64,000 nt of DNA from an uncultured Clostridia bacterium. GTDB lineage: Bacteria > Bacillota > Clostridia > Oscillospirales > CAG-272. The translations under genes and the position numbers were made by a program. The notes beneath the pieces are model-generated. The model made no database searches and was not told the origin of the DNA. It worked only from the letters and a program-made list of their open reading frames with translations. Below, one piece after another: positions 36,751 to 46,004 of this stretch (positions are counted from its first letter, which is position 1; each line of letters starts with the position of its first letter). The DNA lies in the NCBI GenBank assembly GCA_947624995.1, contig CANQMS010000003.1, positions 10,062-74,061 of the forward strand, in the 5' to 3' direction.

Positions 36751-38103
36751 ATGGAATATATAAACACCGAGGCGGCTGCCCGCGTGCCGAAGCGCATACT
36801 ATCCCAGCTCATGAGCTCGCTTTCGGCGGGCGTCGTCCCGCGCGCCGGCGCGCCGTACATCGCCATCGGGCGCACGGAAGAGATCGCGGCGCTCACCTCC
36901 GACCTTTCGCGCGTCGCCGAGGGGGAGGGCGCGATGCGCTTTCTCATCGGGCGGTACGGCTCCGGCAAGAGCTTTCTCATCCAGCTTTTGCGCGGGTACG
37001 CGCTCGAGCACGGCTTTGTGACCGCGGACTGCGACCTCTCGACCGAACGCCGCCTCTGCGGGACATCCGGCTCCGGTCTTGCGACGTATCGCGAGCTCAT
37101 GCGCAATTTAGCGACGAAATCGTCCCCGGACGGGGGCGCGCTCCCCCAGCTTTTGGCGCGCTGGATCTCCGATATCAAATCCTCCGTCGCCGCCTCCGGC
37201 AAAGATGTCGGGAGCGCGGAATTCGACCGCGCCGTAAAAAAGCGCATCTTCGACGTTATCCGCGAGCTTGAGGGAGGCGTCGGCGGCTTTGACTTTTCGC
37301 TCGTGCTCACAAATTACTATGACGCGTGCGAGGACGGAGACGAGGACAAAAAGAGCGCCTGCCTGCGCTGGCTGCGCGGCGAGTTCTCGACAAAGACCGA
37401 GGCAAAGGCGGCGCTGCGCGTCGGCTCCATCGTGAACGACGACAACTGGTACGACGAAATAAAGCTGACGGCGCGCCTCGCCGCCGGTATCGGCTACAGG
37501 GGGCTCGTCGTATTCATCGACGAGTGCGTCAACCTATATAAGATCCCGAACCGCATCTCACGTGAGAACAACTACGAAAAGATCCTCTCGATGTATAACG
37601 ACACGCTCGAGGGCAGGGCGGAGCATCTCTGCCTCGTCTTCGGCGGGACGCCGCAGTTCTTGGAGGACCGCAGGCGCGGGCTCTACAGCTATGAGGCGCT
37701 GCGCGGCAGGCTCGCCGAGGGGAGATTCGACAGCGGCGAATACAAAAACATGATCGGTCCCGTCATCCGGCTGCGCCGCCTCTCGGACAATGAGCTGTTG
37801 GCGCTCGTTCTGCGCGTCACCGCGCTGCACGCGCGCTACTATGAATGGACGCCGCGCATCTCCGACGGCGACCCCGAGGCATTCGTCCGCGCGTCCCTCG
37901 AGCTCGCCGGGGCAAACATCATGATAACGCCGCGCGAAATAATCCGCGACTATATCTCGATACTGAATATCCTATATCAGAACCCCGAGGCAAAGTTTGC
38001 CGACATAATCGGCACCTCGCTGACGCTGACGCCCGCCGCCGGGCAAAGCGACCCCGACGAGACCGCCGCCTCCGCATTCGATCCTAACGACATAGTCATA
38101 TAA
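36751..38103 (+). CDS. P-loop ATPase, DUF2791 / BrxD-like (Shango SngB-like component)
   Basis: Walker A GRYGSGKS (36949-36972) and Walker B LVVFIDEC. The N-terminal LSAGVVPRAGAPYIAIGRTEE region is typical of this family. AAGGAGG lies upstream, and the start is 10 nt after the previous gene. Confidence 0.75.
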   Translation: MEYINTEAAARVPKRILSQLMSSLSAGVVPRAGAPYIAIGRTEEIAALTSDLSRVAEGEGAMRFLIGRYGSGKSFLIQLLRGYALEHGFVTADCDLSTERRLCGTSGSGLATYRELMRNLATKSSPDGGALPQLLARWISDIKSSVAASGKDVGSAEFDRAVKKRIFDVIRELEGGVGGFDFSLVLTNYYDACEDGDEDKKSACLRWLRGEFSTKTEAKAALRVGSIVNDDNWYDEIKLTARLAAGIGYRGLVVFIDECVNLYKIPNRISRENNYEKILSMYNDTLEGRAEHLCLVFGGTPQFLEDRRRGLYSYEALRGRLAEGRFDSGEYKNMIGPVIRLRRLSDNELLALVLRVTALHARYYEWTPRISDGDPEAFVRASLELAGANIMITPREIIRDYISILNILYQNPEAKFADIIGTSLTLTPAAGQSDPDETAASAFDPNDIVI

Positions 38104-38140
38104 CCGCTCCCGCCGTAAAATTTTTTGAAAAGAGAGGGGT

Positions 38141-38186
38141 GTGGGGAGAGGAAAACTTTTTTATAAAAAAGTTTTCCTCTCCCCAC
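38141..38186. repeat. Perfect 46-bp palindrome between the ATPase and helicase genes
   Basis: GTGGGGAGAGGAAAACTTTTTTA|TAAAAAAGTTTTCCTCTCCCCAC has 23-bp arms with no mismatch. Confidence 0.9.
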
Positions 38187-38200
38187 ATGAAAAAAACTAC

Positions 38201-40456
38201 ATGAGAAACGCAGAAGAGGTCATCGGGCGGTTCGCGCCGTTCATACAGGAATACATTTATTCTCACGGCTGGGACAGGCTCCACGAGGTACAGCTCCTCG
38301 CCGCGGAGACGATTTTCTGCACCGACAACAACCTTCTTATCACGTCGGCGACGGCGTCCGGGAAGACGGAGGCGGCGCTTTTCCCGATACTCTCCGAATT
38401 CTGCTCCGACCCGCCCAAAAGCGTCGGCGCCGTCTACATCGCGCCGCTGAAGAGTCTCATCAACGACCAGTTCGCCCGCATCGACGAGCTCCTCGACATG
38501 ACCGGCATCCCCGTTTACCACTGGCACGGCGACGTTGCGCAGTCACACAAATCAAAGCTCTTAAAATCGCCCGCCGGCATACTCCAGATCACGCCGGAAT
38601 CGCTTGAATCTATGCTGATGAACCGCCCGAACGACATCCCGCGCCTGTTCGGGGATCTGCGCTACGTCATCATCGACGAGATACACACTATGACGAACAC
38701 CGACCGGGGCAATCAGGTCATCTGCCAGATAGAGCGCATCTCGCACGCGATAGGGCGCCGCCCGCGCCGCATAGGGCTGTCCGCGACCGTCGGCGACCCG
38801 GAAACGGCAGCGCGCTGGCTTTCGGGCGGGGACGACCGTGTCTGCGACATACCGCGCGCGCCCGAGGCGCCGCTGCGGTGGCGGCTCGGTCTTGAGCACT
38901 TCTTCCTCGCGGATGAGGAAACGCTGCACACCGGGACGCACGAGATACGCAAAACACCGTCCTCCGGCGACCTCGCCCTTGACCCGGAGGACGCCCCGAC
39001 CGAGATAGACCCCGGGTACGAATACGTCTACGACTGCGTCAAGGGCAGGCGCGCCCTCGTCTTTTCGAACTCGCGCGAGGAGACCGAATACGTCTGCGCG
39101 ACGCTGAGGCAGATCGCCGAGAACCGGCGCGAGCCGGACATCTTCCTCATACACCACGGGAACCTCTCCGCCTCGATACGCGAAGAGGCGGAGCTGCTAC
39201 TGAAGAGCGAGGAGGAGCGGATGGTCGCGTGCGCGACGGTCACGATGGAGCTCGGAATCGACATCGGCAAGCTCGAGCGCATCGTTCAGATCGGCTCGCC
39301 GAACTCCGTTTCGAGCTTTCTTCAGCGGCTCGGGCGCTCGGGCAGGAGGGGCGACCCGCCGGAAATGATGATGGTCTTCCGCGAGGAGCCGCACGTCCCG
39401 AACACGCCGCTGCCTCAGCTCATGCCTTGGGAGCTTTTGCGCGCGATAGCGATAATCCAGCTCTATATCGAGGAGCGCTTCATCGAGCCGCCCTCGACGA
39501 GAAAAATGCCGTTTTCGCTCCTGTTCCAACAGACGCTCTCCGTGCTCATCTCATCGGGCGAGCTCACGCCGAAAGCCCTTGCCGACCGCGTCCTCTCGCT
39601 GCCCCCGTTTGCATCCGTTGACCGCGAGGATTATAGGACGCTGCTCGTTTCGATGATAAAAAACGATTTTCTTGAATACACCGACGAGGGCGGGCTCATA
39701 ATCGGAATAAAGGGCGAACGGCTGACGTCCGGGTTCAAATTCTACGCCGTCTTCAAGGATTCCGAGGACTACACCGTCCGCTGCGAATCGGACGAGATCG
39801 GAACGATCTCGGAGGCGCCGCCCGTCGGCGACAGATTTGCGCTCGCGGGCAGAGTCTGGGAGGTGGAGGAGCTCGACCTTGCGCGCAAGCTCATATATGT
39901 CAAGTCCGTCGGCGGTAAGATGGAAATTTCGTGGCCCGGCGAGCTCGGCGAAATACACACGCGCATTCTTGAGCGCATGTACCGTGTCCTCGCCGAGGAC
40001 ACGCAGTACCCATACCTCAAAAAAGGCGCCGCCGCCCGCCTTGACGCGGCGCGGCATGTCGCCCGCAACACCGGAATGCTCGAGCGGCCGCTTGTCCCGC
40101 TCGGCGGGCTCTCGTACTGCATGTTCCCGTGGCTCGGGACGCGCTCGTTCAGGACGCTGCGCCGGTACCTGTCCAAGAACGCGCAAAAATATAAAATCTC
40201 CGGCATCGAATACGAGGGCTGCTACTTTATCGAATTCAAAATGGAGCGCGGCGACGCCGCCTCCCTCATGGACGCAATAAACCGCGACTTTTCCGCCGGT
40301 GTCGACAAATACTCGCTCGTCGGCGACAATGAAACGCCCGCATTCGACAAATACGACGACTACGTTCCCTCGGAGCTTCTGCGGCGCGCCTATACGGAGG
40401 AGCGCCTCCGCACGGACGAGATCGAATACCGCGCAAAACACGGCTGGATGCTCTGA
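38201..40456 (+). CDS. Lhr-like DExH-box superfamily-2 helicase (Shango SngC / BrxHI-like component)
   Basis: Motif I SATASGKTEAA, YIAPLKSLINDQ, motif II IIDEIHTM, and helicase-C motifs (ATVTMELGIDIG, QRLGRSGRRG), followed by a long C-terminal domain. The start is uncertain: the ATG at 38201 has no SD, and the GTG at 38141 lies inside the palindrome. Confidence 0.8.
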   Translation: MRNAEEVIGRFAPFIQEYIYSHGWDRLHEVQLLAAETIFCTDNNLLITSATASGKTEAALFPILSEFCSDPPKSVGAVYIAPLKSLINDQFARIDELLDMTGIPVYHWHGDVAQSHKSKLLKSPAGILQITPESLESMLMNRPNDIPRLFGDLRYVIIDEIHTMTNTDRGNQVICQIERISHAIGRRPRRIGLSATVGDPETAARWLSGGDDRVCDIPRAPEAPLRWRLGLEHFFLADEETLHTGTHEIRKTPSSGDLALDPEDAPTEIDPGYEYVYDCVKGRRALVFSNSREETEYVCATLRQIAENRREPDIFLIHHGNLSASIREEAELLLKSEEERMVACATVTMELGIDIGKLERIVQIGSPNSVSSFLQRLGRSGRRGDPPEMMMVFREEPHVPNTPLPQLMPWELLRAIAIIQLYIEERFIEPPSTRKMPFSLLFQQTLSVLISSGELTPKALADRVLSLPPFASVDREDYRTLLVSMIKNDFLEYTDEGGLIIGIKGERLTSGFKFYAVFKDSEDYTVRCESDEIGTISEAPPVGDRFALAGRVWEVEELDLARKLIYVKSVGGKMEISWPGELGEIHTRILERMYRVLAEDTQYPYLKKGAAARLDAARHVARNTGMLERPLVPLGGLSYCMFPWLGTRSFRTLRRYLSKNAQKYKISGIEYEGCYFIEFKMERGDAASLMDAINRDFSAGVDKYSLVGDNETPAFDKYDDYVPSELLRRAYTEERLRTDEIEYRAKHGWML

Positions 40457-40484
40457 ACAAGAAATATAAGGAGTTTGGCGGAGG

Positions 40485-42926
40485 ATGAAGATAAACTACG
40501 ACGCGGAAACGAATACAGTCACCGTCGCTGTGCGCGAGCTCGTCGACTTTCTCTGTCGCTCCGGCGACATAGGCGGGCGCGCCTCAGTCACCGCGGAGGA
40601 GGGCAAGCTCGCCCACAAACGCGCCGAGGACGGGAGCACCTCCGCGATGCTCGAGGTCCCGCTCGAGCTTTTGACCGAGTATGACGGCATAAACTACCGC
40701 CTTACGGGTCGCGCAGATATGATAACGCCCGGCGACAGCCTCGACACGGTCGAGGAGCTGAAAACAACGCCGTCGGCGTTTTTCGGCGGCACCTCCGACA
40801 TCCCGCCCGCACACATAGCCCAGTGCGTGCTGTACGCGTTCATGTGGTGCTCCGGGACCGGGCGGGATTCCGCCGCCGTGCGGATAACGTACATCCCGAA
40901 AAACGGCGGGCGCGAGCGGAGCTTTGAATGTGTCTTTTCCGCCGACGAGCTGCGCGCGGAATCGTCTGCGCTGCTCGCAAAATATGCGCGCTGGGCGCGC
41001 CTCTCCGTCGAGCGCGCGCGCAGCCTCCCCGCCTTTGTTAAATCCATGCGCTTCCCGTATGGGGAGCCTCGGGACGGTCAGGTCGAATTCATGACCGCCG
41101 TCATGCGCGCCGCGCGCAAGCATGAAACGCTGCTCATAGAGGCGCCGACAGGCATCGGCAAGACGATGGCGGCGCTCTACCCGTCCGTAAAGGCGCTCGG
41201 CGCCGGTTATGCCGACAGGATCTTTTACCTAACGTCCAAGACCTCGATCCGACTCGCCGCCGAGGACGCCGCCGGGGCGCTGCTCGCGTCCGTCCCCTCG
41301 CTGCGCGCCGTCTCCATCCTCGCGCGCGAGCGCGTCTGCCCCGAAGCGGAGGCGCTGCGCTCCGGCGCGATCTGCTCCGCCGAGCTCTGCCCGCGCGCGC
41401 GCGGACACTACGAGCGCGTCGAGGGCGCGCTGTGGGAGCTTGTCGGCACGCTCGGCGCGGGAAAAACGCTCACCGCCGACGACATCTCCGCCGTCGCCGA
41501 GCGACACCGCGTCTGCCCGTATGAGCTTTCGCTCGACGCCGCCGAATTCTGCGACATTATAATCTGCGATTACAATTACGTCTTTGACCCGCGCGTTTAT
41601 CTGCGCCGCTTTTTCGGTGACGAGCCGGACGGGGGTCACCGCGAGGAAAAATATATTCTGCTCTGCGACGAGGCGCACAACCTGCCGGACAGGGCGCGCG
41701 ATATGTTCTCCGCGTCAATAAAGCTCTCCTCCGTCGAGCGCCTGCTGCCATTGACGGAGGGCGCGTCCGACGCGCACACCTCTCTCGTCTCCCTCGCCGA
41801 CTGCATACGCGACCTGCGCGCGCGGTTCGAGGATATCACGCTCGACGGCAAGGGGCGCGAGCGCGGATTTTATCTCGGCAGCGAAGCCTTCGCCGACATC
41901 GTCGCCGCCGCCGCGAAGGCGGCGGACGAGTGCGGACGGGAGGCGTTCTCCCTGCGCGGGGCGGGGACGGAGGACGAGCGCCGCCTCGCCCGCGAGCTTG
42001 CCTCCGCGCGGCGCGCGCTCTCCGATTTTGCCTCGTCCTCCGAAGGATTTGACAGGCGGCACGCCGCCTACGCCGAAATATTCGACGGCGATATCAAATG
42101 CTCGCATATCTGCCTTGACGCCTCCGAACACCTCGCCGCCTCGATGCGCCGAGCCTCCTCCGTCATAATGTTCTCGGCAACTCTCGAGCCGCCGGACTAT
42201 TTTGCGCGCGTGCTCGGCTGCCGCGATTACGGCTCGCTCGCGCTCGAATCCCCGTTTGACGAATCGAATCTCTGCCTTTTGGCGGCGGACAAGCTCAGCA
42301 CGCGCATGGCGGACCGCGAGGCGAGCGCGCCCGAGGTCGCGGCGATGATATACGCGGTCGCGATGGCGAAGACCGGCAACTATATCTGTTACTTCCCGTC
42401 GTACCGTTACCTTGAGCTCATCTGCCGCGAGTTCGACCTCCGGTACGGGCACGAGGAGATAGACATCGCCGTGCAGAAGCAGCACATGACGGAACGCGAG
42501 CGGGCGAACTTTCTTGCCGAATTCCACCCCAATCCTCGGCGGACAAAGGTCGGCTTCTGCGTGCTCGGCGGCGTGTTCTCCGAGGGCGTCGACCTGCCCG
42601 GGGACAGGCTCTCCGGCGCCGTCATCGTCGGCGTCGGGCTGCCGCAGCTCTCGGCGGAATCGAACCTGCTCCGCGACTACTACGAGCGCGTCTGCGAGCG
42701 GGGGTACGAGTTCGCATACGTTTTCCCCGGGATGAACAAGGTCTTACAGGCGGCGGGGCGCGTCATCAGGAGCGAGCACGACCGCGGCGTCGTTCTGCTC
42801 ATTGACGACAGGTTTGCCTCGCACGAGTACAGGGCGCTCTTTCCCCCGCACTGGCGCGGGCTGCGCTACGTCGGCGACAGGCGCTCGCTCGGGATGGCGC
42901 TCGCCGCGTTCTGGAATAAAAAGTGA
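40485..42926 (+). CDS. RecB-type PD-(D/E)xK nuclease domain fused to an XPD/DinG-type Fe-S superfamily-2 helicase
   Basis: The N-terminus carries GRADMI...VEELKT...AQCVLY (D, ExK and QxxxY nuclease motifs). It is followed by EAPTGIGKT, four Cys (VCPEAE, AICSAE, ELCPRA, RVCPYE), CDYNYVFDP, CDEAHNL and the C-terminal LQAAGRVIRSEHDRGVVLLID. Confidence 0.8.
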   Translation: MKINYDAETNTVTVAVRELVDFLCRSGDIGGRASVTAEEGKLAHKRAEDGSTSAMLEVPLELLTEYDGINYRLTGRADMITPGDSLDTVEELKTTPSAFFGGTSDIPPAHIAQCVLYAFMWCSGTGRDSAAVRITYIPKNGGRERSFECVFSADELRAESSALLAKYARWARLSVERARSLPAFVKSMRFPYGEPRDGQVEFMTAVMRAARKHETLLIEAPTGIGKTMAALYPSVKALGAGYADRIFYLTSKTSIRLAAEDAAGALLASVPSLRAVSILARERVCPEAEALRSGAICSAELCPRARGHYERVEGALWELVGTLGAGKTLTADDISAVAERHRVCPYELSLDAAEFCDIIICDYNYVFDPRVYLRRFFGDEPDGGHREEKYILLCDEAHNLPDRARDMFSASIKLSSVERLLPLTEGASDAHTSLVSLADCIRDLRARFEDITLDGKGRERGFYLGSEAFADIVAAAAKAADECGREAFSLRGAGTEDERRLARELASARRALSDFASSSEGFDRRHAAYAEIFDGDIKCSHICLDASEHLAASMRRASSVIMFSATLEPPDYFARVLGCRDYGSLALESPFDESNLCLLAADKLSTRMADREASAPEVAAMIYAVAMAKTGNYICYFPSYRYLELICREFDLRYGHEEIDIAVQKQHMTERERANFLAEFHPNPRRTKVGFCVLGGVFSEGVDLPGDRLSGAVIVGVGLPQLSAESNLLRDYYERVCERGYEFAYVFPGMNKVLQAAGRVIRSEHDRGVVLLIDDRFASHEYRALFPPHWRGLRYVGDRRSLGMALAAFWNKK

Positions 42927-42955
42927 AGGCGGCGTACCATAAAATTACATTTTGC

Positions 42956-42984
42956 TTTTTCGGGGGCATATTGTGCCCGAAAAT
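42956..42984 (+). terminator. Imperfect hairpin after the four-gene operon
   Basis: TTTTTCGGGGGCA-tat-TGTGCCCGAAAA. The stem has a 2-nt bulge and the U-tract is weak. Confidence 0.4.
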
Positions 42985-43062
42985 TCCCCGCGCTTGTGTT
43001 TTTACACAGTAAAGCGCCCGATATCGGCTTAATAATTGTGAAAACGGAGACAGCTTCCCATA

Positions 43063-43091
43063 TTGATTTTTCCCGGCGAACATAATATAAT
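43063..43091 (+). promoter_or_regulatory. Sigma-A promoter of asnS
   Basis: TTGATT, a 17-nt spacer, then TATAAT. Confidence 0.6.
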
Positions 43092-43167
43092 ATAGGAGCT
43101 GTCCTTTTGAAAATGAATTTATAACGTCCGCAATGTTGCAAAACAGCGGCGCAGAAAGGATCACACG

Positions 43168-44571
43168 ATGGAAAGAAAAGACATAACGACGGTACGGTCA
43201 ATCTTCGCCTCTCCCGAAAAATTCGCGGATCGCGAGCTCCACGTCGCAGGCTGGGCGCGCAAGCTGCGCGCCTCAAACGCGTTCGGCTTCATCGAGCTGA
43301 ATGACGGGACGTACTTCTCGAACCTTCAGATAGTGTTTGAGTCGGGCATCGTCCCGAATTACGACGAGATCGCGCACCAGAACATCGGCTGCGCGCTCCA
43401 CGTCCGCGGAAAGCTCATGCTGACGCCCGACGCAAAGCAGCCGTTCGAGGTCCACGCCTCCGAGATCCGCGTCGAAGGAACGTCGACCCCGGACTACCCG
43501 CTCCAGAACAAGCGGCATACAATGGAATATCTCCGCTCCCTCGCGCACCTGCGCCCGAGGACGAACACTTTTTCCGCCGTGTTCCGCGTCCGCAGCGAGG
43601 CAGCATTCGCGATCCACAGCTTCTTCAACGAGCGCGGCTTCGTCTATGTCCACACCCCGATCGTCACCTGCTCCGACTGCGAGGGCGCGGGCGAGATGTT
43701 CCGGCTCACGACGCTCGACATCGAAAACCCGCCGCGCGGCGAGGACGGTCGCGTCGACTACACTAAAGATTTCTTCGGCAAGCCCGCGAACCTGACCGTT
43801 TCCGGTCAGCTCAACGTCGAGACCTTCGCCCAGGCATACTCGAACGTGTACACGTTCGGTCCGACGTTCCGCGCCGAAAACTCGAACACCCCGCGCCATG
43901 CCGCCGAATTCTGGATGATAGAGCCCGAGATCGCATTTGCCGACCTCGAGGACGACATGGAGCTCGCCGAGGCGATGATAAAGCACATCATCAGCCACGT
44001 GCTGAAGACGTGCCCCGCCGAGATGGAATTCTTCGACAAGTTCGTCTCCCCCGGCAAGATCGCGCAGCTCAAGGCGCTCGTCGAAAGCGACTTCGGCAGA
44101 GTTACGTACACCGAGGCGGTCGAGCTGCTCAAAAACTCCGGCGCGGACTTCAAATTCCCCGTCTTCTGGGGCATGGACATGCAGACGGAGCACGAGCGGT
44201 ACCTGACCGAGAAAATTTTCGGCAAGCCCGTCTTCGTCACCGACTACCCGAAGGAGATCAAGGCTTTCTATATGCGCCTGAATGACGACGGGAAGACAGT
44301 TGCCGCCTGCGACATGCTCGTGCCGGGCGTCGGCGAGATGATCGGCGGTTCCCAGCGCGAGGAGCGCCTTGACTATCTGCTCGAGGCGATAAAGCGGTGC
44401 GGGCTGCGCGAGGAGGATTACTCGTGGTACCTCGAGCTGCGCCGCTTCGGCAGCACGAAACACGCCGGGTACGGACTCGGCTTTGACAGACTTCTTATGT
44501 ATATGACCGGTATGCAGAACATACGCGACACGGAGCCCTTCCCGCGCACGGCGGGGAGCGCCGAGTTCTGA
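43168..44571 (+). CDS. asnS: Asparagine--tRNA ligase
   Basis: Class IIb synthetase with an N-terminal OB fold ([22 protein letters not shown]). Also [21 protein letters not shown] and [12 protein letters not shown]. Confidence 0.93.
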   Translation: MERKDITTVRSIFASPEKFADRELHVAGWARKLRASNAFGFIELNDGTYFSNLQIVFESGIVPNYDEIAHQNIGCALHVRGKLMLTPDAKQPFEVHASEIRVEGTSTPDYPLQNKRHTMEYLRSLAHLRPRTNTFSAVFRVRSEAAFAIHSFFNERGFVYVHTPIVTCSDCEGAGEMFRLTTLDIENPPRGEDGRVDYTKDFFGKPANLTVSGQLNVETFAQAYSNVYTFGPTFRAENSNTPRHAAEFWMIEPEIAFADLEDDMELAEAMIKHIISHVLKTCPAEMEFFDKFVSPGKIAQLKALVESDFGRVTYTEAVELLKNSGADFKFPVFWGMDMQTEHERYLTEKIFGKPVFVTDYPKEIKAFYMRLNDDGKTVAACDMLVPGVGEMIGGSQREERLDYLLEAIKRCGLREEDYSWYLELRRFGSTKHAGYGLGFDRLLMYMTGMQNIRDTEPFPRTAGSAEF

Positions 44572-44593
44572 TATCCGGCGAAAGGACGATATT

Positions 44594-45850
44594 TTGAACG
44601 AATCAGACCTCTCGGCGCTCAGGCGCCGCTATGAAGATATAAAAAGCAAGCACTACGCGCTCGACTTAACGCGCGGAAAACCCGGAAAGCCTCAGCTCGA
44701 CCTCTCGATGGGCATGCTCGACGTCGTGAAAAACAGCGCCGACTGCTCCGCCGAGGACGGGCTCGACTGCCGCAACTACGGTCTGCTTGACGGGCTGCCC
44801 GAGGCAAAGCGCCTCTTCTCCGACCTGCTCTCGATCCCCGCGGAAAACATCCTCGTCGCGGGCAATTCGAGCCTCAATTTGATGTACGACTGCATAATAC
44901 GCGCGATGCAGTTCGGCGTATACGGCAGCGAGCGCCCGTGGGGGAAGGAAAAAAGCGTCAAATTCCTCTGCCCCGTTCCGGGATATGACCGCCACTTCGC
45001 GATCTGCGAGTCCCTCGGGATAGAGATGATATCCGTCCCGATGACGGCGGAGGGTCCCGACATGGACACCGTCGAGCGCCTTGTCTCCTCGGACCCCGCC
45101 GTCAAGGGTATATGGTGCGTGCCGAAGTACTCGAACCCGTCCGGCATAACGTACAGCGACGAGGTCGTCCGCAGATTTGCGTCTCTCAGACCCGCGGCGC
45201 CCGATTTCCGCATTTTCTGGGACAACGCATACGCTGTCCACGACTTCTACCCGGAAAATAAAGCGCAGCTCCTTGACATATTCTCCGAGGCAAAAAAGCT
45301 CGGACCGAAGAGCGAAAATATGATAATGTACTTCGCCTCGACCTCAAAGATCACGTTCCCGGGCTCCGGCGTCGCGATAATGGCGGCGAGCCGCGACAAC
45401 CTCGAACAAATAAAAAAGCTGATGTTCTATCAGACGATAGGCTACGACAAGATAAATCAGATGCGCCACGTCAAATACTTCGGCTCGGCGGACGGCATCC
45501 GCCGCCACATGGAGGAGCACGCAAAGCTGCTGCGCCCGAAATTCGAGATCGTATGCGAGACGCTCGAGCGCGAACTCGGCGGAAAGGGCGTTGCCGAATG
45601 GACGCCGCCGCTCGGCGGATATTTCGTCAGCCTCAATGTCCTGCCCGGCTGCGCGCGCCGCGTATACGAGCTGTGCCGCGACGCCGGAGTCAAGCTGACG
45701 GAGGCGGGAGCTACATATCCCTACCACCGCGACCCCGACGACCGCAACCTGCGCATCGCGCCGACATTCCCGAACAATGACGACTTACAGCTCGCGATGG
45801 ATATCCTCTGCCTCTGCGTCCTGCTCGCGTCGGAAGAGGCAAAGCAATAA
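44594..45850 (+). CDS. PLP-dependent aminotransferase (class I/II fold, aspartate aminotransferase-like)
   Basis: LDLTRGKPGKPQLDLS and a STSKITFPGSGVA pyridoxal-lysine region. TTG start. Confidence 0.7.
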   Translation: MNESDLSALRRRYEDIKSKHYALDLTRGKPGKPQLDLSMGMLDVVKNSADCSAEDGLDCRNYGLLDGLPEAKRLFSDLLSIPAENILVAGNSSLNLMYDCIIRAMQFGVYGSERPWGKEKSVKFLCPVPGYDRHFAICESLGIEMISVPMTAEGPDMDTVERLVSSDPAVKGIWCVPKYSNPSGITYSDEVVRRFASLRPAAPDFRIFWDNAYAVHDFYPENKAQLLDIFSEAKKLGPKSENMIMYFASTSKITFPGSGVAIMAASRDNLEQIKKLMFYQTIGYDKINQMRHVKYFGSADGIRRHMEEHAKLLRPKFEIVCETLERELGGKGVAEWTPPLGGYFVSLNVLPGCARRVYELCRDAGVKLTEAGATYPYHRDPDDRNLRIAPTFPNNDDLQLAMDILCLCVLLASEEAKQ

Positions 45851-46004
45851 AAGCTGACAATATGTACGCGGCGGAGCGGCTTTTATAAAGTCGCTCCGCC
45901 TCTTTGGAAGCGCTGTAATTGTTTTCCGGCATGCAAAAGCAAAAAAGGCGCCGCGCGTGACCTTTTGCCGCGCCGCTTTAAAAATATCGGAGGTTCTATT
46001 TATT

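Noticed and set aside
38141-38200. GTG start at 38141 for the helicase, and the mirror ORF 37977-38186 on the minus strand encoding the same MGRGKLFYKKVFLSPH peptide.
   Set aside because: The identical peptides on both strands are a trivial consequence of the perfect palindrome. The minus-strand ORF has no support. The helicase start remains uncertain but is more likely the ATG at 38201.
34917-42926. The candidate defence operon as part of a mobile island or prophage.
   Set aside because: No integrase, transposase, tRNA, direct repeats or obvious compositional shift is visible around it. It is flanked by hsp20 and asnS. Horizontal origin cannot be excluded from this window alone.
42927-43167. 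Possible T-box leader upstream of asnS.
   Set aside because: The transcribed leader after the promoter at 43063-43091 is only ~70 nt. I could find neither a T-box consensus sequence nor a terminator/antiterminator pair.
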